From: Nymphaea colorata
Lineage: Eukaryota
Assembly: GCF_008831285.2 (NCBI RefSeq)
Contig: NC_045138.2
Span: 27,652,001 to 27,716,000 of the forward strand
Length of the DNA stretch: 64,000 nucleotides
Reading direction: 5' to 3'
Below are positions 55,901 through 64,000 of this stretch, piece after piece; position 1 is the first letter of the stretch, and each line of letters begins with the position of its first letter. Under the pieces are notes generated by a model that searched no databases, was not told the DNA's origin, and saw nothing but the letters and a program-made list of their open reading frames with translations. The position numbers and the translations under genes are program-made.

Positions 55901-57497
55901 TGCAGTTTATGAATTAATTTGTTAAACAGTAAGAAAAGTTCTGCAACCAAAATAAGAGCAGACTGCATTGCCCGAAGATGTTAATTGTATAGGTATTGAA
56001 TCTATTGATCTACACCAGAGAAGAACTAACACACTGGCAGGCGTGAAGTTATGCAGTGCTAGAACTGAATTTTCAGCCTTCCAGGAAGAACCATTCTCCC
56101 AAAGAAATCAAACAAGGTATTCTTCATAAACAGATGAAGAATTTGCACAAAGCAATGGGACAGATCTGTCAAAAGTTTCTCAAGCCTGGATCCAACTGAC
56201 AATAATATCCTATGTTATTTACTCATAAGAATATCATTCAGTTCTTATAAGTATTCAATCAAATTAGATTCACTTTGATCTCTCCTACCACAAGACCGAT
56301 GGACAATCTGTGGTTGACAAGGCTTCCACCATCTCGCGTACACATAGAATTGAACTAACAGACTCTTTACCTCCCTAACAACATGCGAAGCTCTCATTTT
56401 CCTTACTAACTTTCATCAAGAACATTCTTAGAGTTAACAAACTCATACAAATGAATAAATGCCTGAAGCTAGCAATCCAGCCGAAAGTAGATGATGCAGT
56501 TTCATGTTAAGTTCCGTAGAATAGGATAATCTACTAAAGCAACAATCTCATCCTAACTAGAACCCATGATTGCCCGAGCTTCCTAGGCTCACGAGCAACG
56601 CCATCAAATGTCAAGACCCCGTGACCACCAAACCGTCAACCACAATCCAGCAATTCTATGGGACAGTGGTACCAAAACTGAACCAATGTGCTTGAAAAAA
56701 ACACGGACATAATCACATAAACACAATGATAATGTGAACGCATGCCCACACGGACTTCTTCAAACATAATTGGATAATTCTATAGCAATATTAAGACAAG
56801 AGACACAAACGAAAACCCACCAAGCCACGTGAAAAGCAAAGCACCAGGCAATTCAGAAACAAACACGCCAACTTCTAAAATAAAATCTACACTAAACTCT
56901 GCACGAGAAAATGCATTACCAAGTGATTTGCTAAACTAAATAAGGGAGAAGACTAATCAAAAAGTCGAACTTTCACCAATTTTGGAGCCGAAAAATGCAC
57001 CATGAGAATCGAGCGAACGACTAAGAAGAGCAGAGCAGTCCATGGAACAAGCATTGCACAAGAAAGCAATAAGAGGTGCAAAAGGGAAAGACTTTAGAGC
57101 CCCTCACGGAACGCCTCCATACCGTATAAATTACTTAAGAATACTAAAGCAAAAATCCAATGAAACTCATAACAACAACAAACTTCGGCCAATTTACCAA
57201 GGCACAAAAATGTGCTGCAATAGCCAGCAACAAATTCAATAACAATGGCTCCATTCGCAAAAAAAGACGAAAACCAACACAAAAGGACAATTCAACCAAA
57301 TGTAATTCGTAGAAGTTCCACTCACCAGCCTGTGCCGGAGGCAGTGGCTTTGTGGGGAGTTTCGCCGCTGCCGTAGGCGCGGCCTTCTTGCCTCCAGCCG
57401 GCGCGGCAGCCGCCGCAGCCGTCGCCTTAGCAATGAGCTGCGATGGATCGTCGTTGTCATTGTCGCCGAGCAGATCGAAAGGGTTGCCAGTTGCCAT
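52959..57497 (-). CDS. RGG-repeat RNA-binding protein (RGGA-like; Stm1_N plus HABP4/PAI-RBP1 domain), 6 coding exons
   Basis: Exons 57497-57326 (MATGNPFDLLGDNDNDDPSQL...LPTKPLPPAQA), 55890-~55503 (RGG tracts, FERRSGTG...KREGSGRGNWG), ~55346-55211, 54127-53969 (EMTLEEYEKILEEKRKAL), 53842-53780, 53147-52959 (ALSINEFLKPA...APSIEDPGQFPTLGGK). The exon 2/3 junction is ambiguous by a few nt. A 5'UTR intron lies at about 57505-57667. Confidence 0.92.
53425..53511. mobile_element. 87-bp hAT-like MITE in the last intron of the RGGA-like gene
   Basis: TIRs CAGTGGCAGAG / CTCCACCACTG. Degenerate 8-bp TSD cttattgc / cctactgc. The core tgtgggc..ttgccc motif recurs near 20480 and 58095. Confidence 0.6.
54341..54486. 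repeat. Imperfect tandem duplication (about 60-80 bp) in an RGGA-like intron
   Basis: aatggccagttcgac(a/g)tcagata...aaaatccatcagaaa...atgaacgta occurs twice. Confidence 0.8.
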
Positions 57498-57642
57498 CCT
57501 CCTCCTGTACAAAGACGGAGAGAGAGAGGGAAAGAGAAAGATAAATATAGAGAAGGAATGAGACAGAGCTCGGATCGGTCACTCGGACCCTAATTCCGAT
57601 GGCCACCCATGGCAGAGTTTGCACAGCGCCTCCTCACTGCAG

Positions 57643-57679
57643 AAACCCTAGCATTCCAACCCACTACCAGTTAGGTGTT

Positions 57680-57713
<34 letters not shown>

Positions 57714-57716
57714 CTA
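57643..57716. promoter_or_regulatory. Two telo-box motifs (AAACCCTA) flanking a GA/CT tract in the 5' leader of the RGGA-like gene
   Basis: AAACCCTA at 57643 and 57709. Telo-boxes are known to be enriched in plant translation-related genes, which fits the Stm1/SERBP1-like product. Confidence 0.6.
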
Positions 57717-58532
57717 GCCGCCCTCGGATCGGCCTCATATAGAAGCCTCATCCATTTGTTGCTGCTGCTTCTGTTTCAATCCCTTTATTCTTTTCTGGTA
57801 ATATTTTTTAAAAGGAAAAAGTATTATTTTCTCTTTCACTTCTTTGCTCAAGGTCCGAACTGGCCTCAGACACAAAATATTATAATCATACCCTCTAAAG
57901 CCTGGAGAAAGGAATTTGAAGTTCTAATATCCAAATCCTAGTATCTAAAAACGTGAGGATCTAAAGTAGTCAAGAAAGAAAAATATGGTTAACGCCATAG
58001 AACAATACACAAATCAAAAAAATGGATCCTCAATCAAGCAAAGATAAGTCATTACATGTTCCAAGCCTAGTGATGGAGTCACATGTGGTCTTGTGTGGGC
58101 GATTGCCTACACTAGCACTCAAAGATGCTTTTATTTTTATGTTGTTGCTTTCAAATATTTGATTATTTGTATATATTGGTGTTCCTTGAAGGAAGCACAA
58201 AAAGTTTCGAATTAATCATCCTTTCTGCCGACGGTTCGTTCACCATGATCATGCGATTTGGCGGCAACGGTCATATATATTGCCTTCCTTCTTAGGGATA
58301 TGTCTGCCTCTTTTTTCAATTGATTAATGGTTTCTTGCAAGGGGAAAAGGTTTTCCTTGCAACTAAGTTTTAGTCGTACAAAACTTTGGAACAATAAATC
58401 TTAGAGGCAAAGTAATCTCCGCTCATCATAATTATTCATTCATAATCCATGCAGATCTCTATAAAAGAATGCATCCCATTGGATCTAGCAACAAAAACGA
58501 CTTTTATAACCAGTTTGCCTCCTCCATCCATC

Positions 58533-59071
58533 CAGTGATGTCAACGGATTGGATCCAAATCAAATGTACTCGGTTTTGGATTCAAATGAAGAAAAATCAT
58601 ATTTGGATCTGAATCTGAAATCAGATATGAATTTAGTTTTTACATTCACGTATGAATTTGAATATGGGTTTTGGACTGAATTCTTTCTAACTTCAAAATA
58701 TTTGAGCATTGGATATAGGATATTTATTTAAAAGTACATCTGGCTCATCGAATATTTATGTATATTCAAATTTTACCGATCTTATTTTTGGAAACTGAAT
58801 TTCATTTGATTCCTTAATCCCATATTAAGTATATGATATTAAATAAATATCATATACTTGATGTCTATAATATGGTTTGAATTCGGTTCAAAAATCTGAT
58901 TCAGCTTGAGATTTTAGTCTCAAAAATTGAATTCTGATTATGAATTCAGATTTCAGATTTAAACATGGTGTAGATTTTTTTTTTTTCATTTGAATTCCAA
59001 TTATATATTTGAACATAAAAAAGAATAGATTTGGTAAGGTATATATCCGCTTCGAATCTAATCCATCCCTA
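58533..59071. mobile_element. Degenerate hAT-like non-autonomous element (GGAT/ATCC subterminal motifs)
   Basis: Ends cagtgatgtcaacggat / atccatcccta with repeated ggatc/gaat(c/t) motifs. No clear TSD. Confidence 0.45.
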
Positions 59072-59957
59072 GATGCCAGTTTACGACTGAGATTTAAAAA
59101 ATATGCTTTGAGTGCGCCACGGTGACCGGGCCAATGACATTCAGCCAAAGTGGAAAGAACCTGTAGAGTGCGCCACAATCAAACGATGGGTGGATCTTAT
59201 GGGAAAGGAGGAGAATATGAGGCCATATATAGTGGGCAAAGCACGCTATAAAAACACTCTTCTAGGTTTTGCCATAACAAATATTTGAATGGAGAAGAAC
59301 AACTTATTCTAAATAAGTGGAGTTTGAATCTAAACCCTTCCAATTTGCAACAAAGGAGTTTCTCATAATATTATTTCATAAATTTGGGCTCTCGAATCTT
59401 AGGAATGACAATCTTAAGGAAAATCATTAAAAAAAGTTGATTTATTGGTGTATATAAGAAAGTGGGGGAGGCTTCGGTCTTCACTCCGGCAGGATTTCCT
59501 CCAGACCACATGAACATGAATTAGATTTTATATTTTTGTTGTCTTTTTTTCATTTGTATGAAACAATATTCGTGTATATATTGCAACTGAATGGATCACT
59601 ATGGACAACTGTAAGAAGAGAAGCCATTTTCACAATCTTGCTATAAGTTCCCTTTTTTTATAGAAGAATTCATATCATAATAGTTGAATTGCTATCAAGT
59701 GTACTTCCTTTCTAACTTGAGTAGGTTAAGACTTGCGAGTTTCCTCGACAACCATAGTGACAAAACAAAGTTTGCATTAAGCATCTAGCTCTCCAGCAAA
59801 ATAAACTTCACAATCTTTTTTCTTAAGTTGATGATGGTATGTTAGGAAATAAATTTGGGCCATGTTGATACCAGAAGTAATATTTGTCATCTAATATTTT
59901 CTTTCTTTTTTTTTAGCACATAAACTTAGTGCGCAGAGGAATTAAACTGACAATCAA

Positions 59958-60247
59958 TAGGGTTGGGCCCCGAGCCGGGCCGCTGGCGGGGGCTCGGGAC
60001 CCAGCCTGTTAAGGATTAACAAATATATTTTATTTTAATAATATATATTTATTATTAACAAATATATTTTATATTTTAAAATTATTTTATAATTAAAAAA
60101 TATTATTTTATTATTACTAGGCTCCAGGTCTGGGTTTCAAATATCGGGCCGGGCCTGGGCCCGATGGGCCGGCCCGTCAGGTAGTTCCGGACCCGGTTTT
60201 ACTTGGCCGGGTCGGGCCGGCCCGGCCCCGCCCGATGCCCACCTCTA
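59958..60247. mobile_element. 290-bp hAT-like MITE with GC-rich arms and AT-rich core
   Basis: TIRs TAGGGTTGGGC / GCCCACCTCTA. Near-perfect 8-bp TSD acaatcaa / acagtcaa. GGCCCG-rich subtermini. Confidence 0.82.
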
Positions 60248-60419
60248 ACAGTCAATGTGGTGTGAAAGGATGCAAGTTCAAACTACTGTGCTTAAGTCTT
60301 GTAGTTTATATTTAAAGAAGTTGAAGGCTTAAACGTTAGAAGAAGACTAGGTGTTCCCTTGTTTTTTTTTTTTTTTTTGGAAACATGCATTCATGAAGTT
60401 TTATAAAGAGAATCCGAAG

Positions 60420-60910
60420 TGAGGCTGGGAGTTGGAGTCGGAATACCCAACAGGTAGTTGGTACTTGACTTGACTCAAATTTGAAAAAAAACGTATTGAG
60501 TCAGCCCATAAGGCCGGCTCCAGTAGGCCCAACTAAGCTTGCTTAGCTTGATGAGATTTTTTTAATATGTATTTTATTAATATATACATATATAATTATA
60601 AAATAATTATAATTAATTATAATTATATTATTTTTATATTAAAAATATTATATATTTTTAATTTTAAAAATAAGTGTCGAGTTGAACCGAGCGCATGCCC
60701 AAGCTTGGTACTTGACCCGATTGAAACTCGAAAAAAAAAACATCCTGGCTATCAGACCGACTATATGATGAGATTTTTTTAATACATAATTTATTGATTT
60801 ATATATATATATATAATTATAATAATTTATAATAATTTATTATTATTTTATATTAAAAAAAATATATATATTTAATTTAACCAGACCAAGAGCCTTTTTA
60901 AGGCATCGAG
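60420..60910. mobile_element. Internally duplicated MITE-like repeat, family shared with 4400-4630
   Basis: ttggtacttgac...gaaaaaaaa...gatgagattttttt aata is present twice, each followed by an AT-rich core. Confidence 0.55.
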
Positions 60911-61191
60911 CTGAGCCGGCGGAGGCAGAATGAATTAAATTTCACTGTTACTTTCAATTTGAATATATATATTTTAATTGAAAACGACTTTCGACCAGAT
61001 GTTAACCCGTGCTTTGTAGTGAACGGACCGGTGGTTAAGTTTGTGACGGTGGGGAGTCAAAGTGACTAAGCTAGTGAACTCTCCCCTTATCCGGGAGACC
61101 ATAAATAGGGTGGAGCGAGAGGGCGGGTACTTCTTCGCGCGCTCACTCAGTGCTCACATCGTTTTCCGGGGGGCTCCACGAGATCCGGGGG

Positions 61192-63168
61192 ATGAAGCCC
61201 GGGAAGCTTCACGCCATGGCAGCCGGTTTTGCCTCCTCTTGCTCAGTTTACCGCTCCATCCTCACTCTCGCGACGATAACCCTAATCTTCTGCACCATCC
61301 TCACCCTGAAATCCATGCATTTCTCCCCTCGCGATCCGCTCGATCCGCCGATGAATCTCTCCAGAGTACGTTCCTCCGAGCTGTTATCTGTTATTTATCT
61401 CTCCATTCTCTGCAGTTCGTCCTTTTTCACGAGGAAGTTTTTATGTTAAGGCCGTTGCCGGCGTCGATGGCGATGCAGATGCCCGGTTCTCGTCCGTGTA
61501 CCACTTTCCCGATGTGTTTTCGAGGAATTACGCGGAGATGCAGAAGAATTTCAAGGTTTTCATATATCCGGACGGTGATCCGAACACTTTCTTCCAAACG
61601 CCGCGGAAGCTCACAGGGAAGTATGCAAGCGAGGGGTTCTTCTTTCAAAATATCAGAGAGAGCAAGTTTAGAACGCTTGATCCGGATAGCGCGGACCTTT
61701 TCTTCATCCCGATCTCTTGTCACAAGATGAGGGGGAAGGTGATCTTATTCGCTTCTTTCCCCTTTTCTGACGGTTATTTTTATGTCCGATTTTTATGCTG
61801 TTGTGAAGGTATTAGATCTGTAATTCTGTGGTTTTACTTCCGACTTTGTCATTCCGGGCGAAGTCCCCAGCTAGTGAGGAAGTGTGATATGTCGGTTGGG
61901 TCAGATATACTATTACGGGAATTTCTTCTTATGCTTTTGTGTTTTTTTGTGCTTGTGATATAACGAACAGCTTACTTTTTGATCCATCATTGAAGACAAT
62001 AATAATACTATGTGTGAGTAAATAATAAGGGTACGCCGCTACCTTCATTTTTCTTCTGTTCTATATACTGTTGAACTGAGAAGAAGAAAGCTGAAATTCT
62101 ATGCGAAGCTCAGATACTGATTTGCCTCGGATCAGATCTCTCTCATTTTGATCCACCTGCCCGGCTGCACACTGCTCTCATCAAGCTTCGAGGCGAGCAT
62201 AGAGACCTCATTTGTGTACTGATTGCAGCTTTTGGACCAATAAAAATCTAACTAAAACGGACAGCTCCATTGCTCCCTTAAACAATCGTTATGTTTCACA
62301 TTTTTTTCATTTTGTTCTAAACATGTTTTCTTTGTAGTCAATATTTTGCGTGTCAGGGATTGGAACTAGTTATACTAGTGCCTGAAAGATGGCCGACCAT
62401 CTGAGGGTGAATCTAGTTCTCTAGGATAGGATGTTTTTGGTTGTCGCAAATATAGAAGGATAATAAAAGTTGCTGGACACCTGCTTAAATGACGCACTAT
62501 AAAAATTTAATAATCTTATATTTAATTTATTTTTTATACCAATTTGATTTTTCGCCTTCTGATAGTATTTGTTGGCTACTGGTTGCTATTCTACTAGACT
62601 TCTGTGTCTTGTTAGGTCATTGTGTTTAAATGGTCAAAATATTTTGTGAGCAACAGTGATAACAACATCGTCTGCATGGTGTTGGTTACATCTGTATGCT
62701 TAATGCAGGCTGGGGCTCGAGTTGTTTTCTTATAAATGTCTTTGTATCATATGTGAGCTAAAATGAGCTACTGTCTGTTTCTTCTTAGACATGCAAGTCC
62801 AAATTCATGGTTAGCATTTATTGGTTGCACCTTTCTGACCATTCTTAGTCTTAGTGTATGACATATCATTACTGTTTGCAGGGTACTTCCTACGAGAACA
62901 TGACTATAATTGTTAAAAACTATGTGGATGAGCTTATAAACAAGTACCCTTATTGGAATAGGACCCTGGGTGCAGATCACTTCTTTGTCACCTGTCATGA
63001 TGTTGGAGTGAGAGCAACAGAGGGGCTTCCTTTTCTTGTCAAGAATGCCATCAGAGTTGTTTGTTCCCCAAGTTATGATGTTGGATACATACCACACAAA
63101 GATGTTGCCCTTCCTCAAGTGTTGCAGCCATTTGCTTTGCCTGCCGGAGGAGATGACATTGAAAACAG
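61192..63168 (+). CDS. Exostosin family glycosyltransferase (GT47), 5' part only; the gene continues beyond the window
   Basis: Exons 61192-61365 (type II membrane anchor ILTLATITLIFCTILTL), 61451-61738 (YHFPDVF..NY.EM...FKVFIYPDGDPNTFFQTPRKLTGKYASEG), 62882-63168 (KYPYWNRTLGADHFFVTCHD...KDVALPQ). No stop codon is reached in the window. Confidence 0.92.
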
Positions 63169-64000
63169 GTGATTGATCGTTCTTTAGAGTAAAATTCTAG
63201 ATTGCTGGCTTGAAGTGCTTGTGGGCTTGGTCACGGAATATGTTAATTGAAAATGTGTACACTAAGCTGAAAATGTGTATGCCTAATGATTATTGCTAGT
63301 TCCTGTTTGTACTTGGCCTTTCGAGGATTTCTTAATTTGCAGTCTCCTGCCTTGCTGGTGGCTGATAGGCATATCATCTGATCCCTTAGGATTCAAACAT
63401 TGTGTGCATTGCTCAGCCTTCCAATCTGTATCTAAAAAGTAAGCATCAGGAAGTTTTACTTCATTAGGAGCCATACAACTAATTGTAAGATTTTGATATC
63501 TAATACCAAACCACCGAATGAAGTTAGATGCAAGAGGAGGAAGAGAGAAGTGGGCTGCACGTCCAAGCAAGAGAGAGATGAAAGAGAGCAGCAACAAATG
63601 ACATCTGCCTCTTGTTATCGTTATATACTAATCACGATTTAGGGTACATCATAAAATACACAAAATAACAATAAGATTTACAAGTATGCCACCGCCCATG
63701 ATGTGTTGGGCGTGTGGATCAAATGGGTCGGGTCTAGGTGACCCGATCCATATGTACAAGCTTAACACTAATGATACATTTGCTATGGGAATCTTTTTAC
63801 TTATTTGATATAAAATTCATTGAATGGATATGCTTAATTAACCGATCAATCCCCATGCTGGTCAGGTTTTTCTTCTTTGAAGGTTCTATCTCAATGGGCA
63901 CCATTGCTGCGCTGCAATTCTAGCGGCTACAGATCATTTGATGTATAAGTCAAAAATTTTGTACCATCAGTGGGATGTCAATTCACATGTTTTTCTTTTG

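Overview
Gene-dense nuclear DNA from a flowering plant (GT-AG introns, AT/GA microsatellites, many MITEs); the species cannot be determined from the sequence alone. Eight protein-coding genes could be reconstructed by hand. In order: a PS2/PECP1-type HAD phosphatase (+), a CoAc-type mitochondrial carrier (+), a single-exon SERAT1-like serine acetyltransferase (+), a PYL2-like ABA receptor (-), an EFFECTOR OF TRANSCRIPTION (GIY-YIG plus Cys/His repeat) gene (-), a USP-like-domain cytoplasmic kinase with an HRDMRPNN loop (+), an RGGA/Stm1-like RNA-binding protein (-), and a GT47 exostosin gene running off the right end (+). Between and inside them lie a decayed LINE 3' fragment, several hAT- and Tourist-like non-autonomous elements, and local tandem duplications. 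I found no convincing new multi-gene system. The best lead is the serine acetyltransferase, whose OAS-TL-docking tail (EWSDY[I/V]I) is replaced codon-for-codon while the feedback motif is kept. Next are candidate translational-control leaders: a long, spliced, uORF-rich leader with a 196-codon open frame on the kinase, a TAATG-coupled uORF on the ET gene, and an in-frame open 5' leader on the phosphatase. All splice sites and family assignments come from visual inspection and recalled family motifs, not from database searches.
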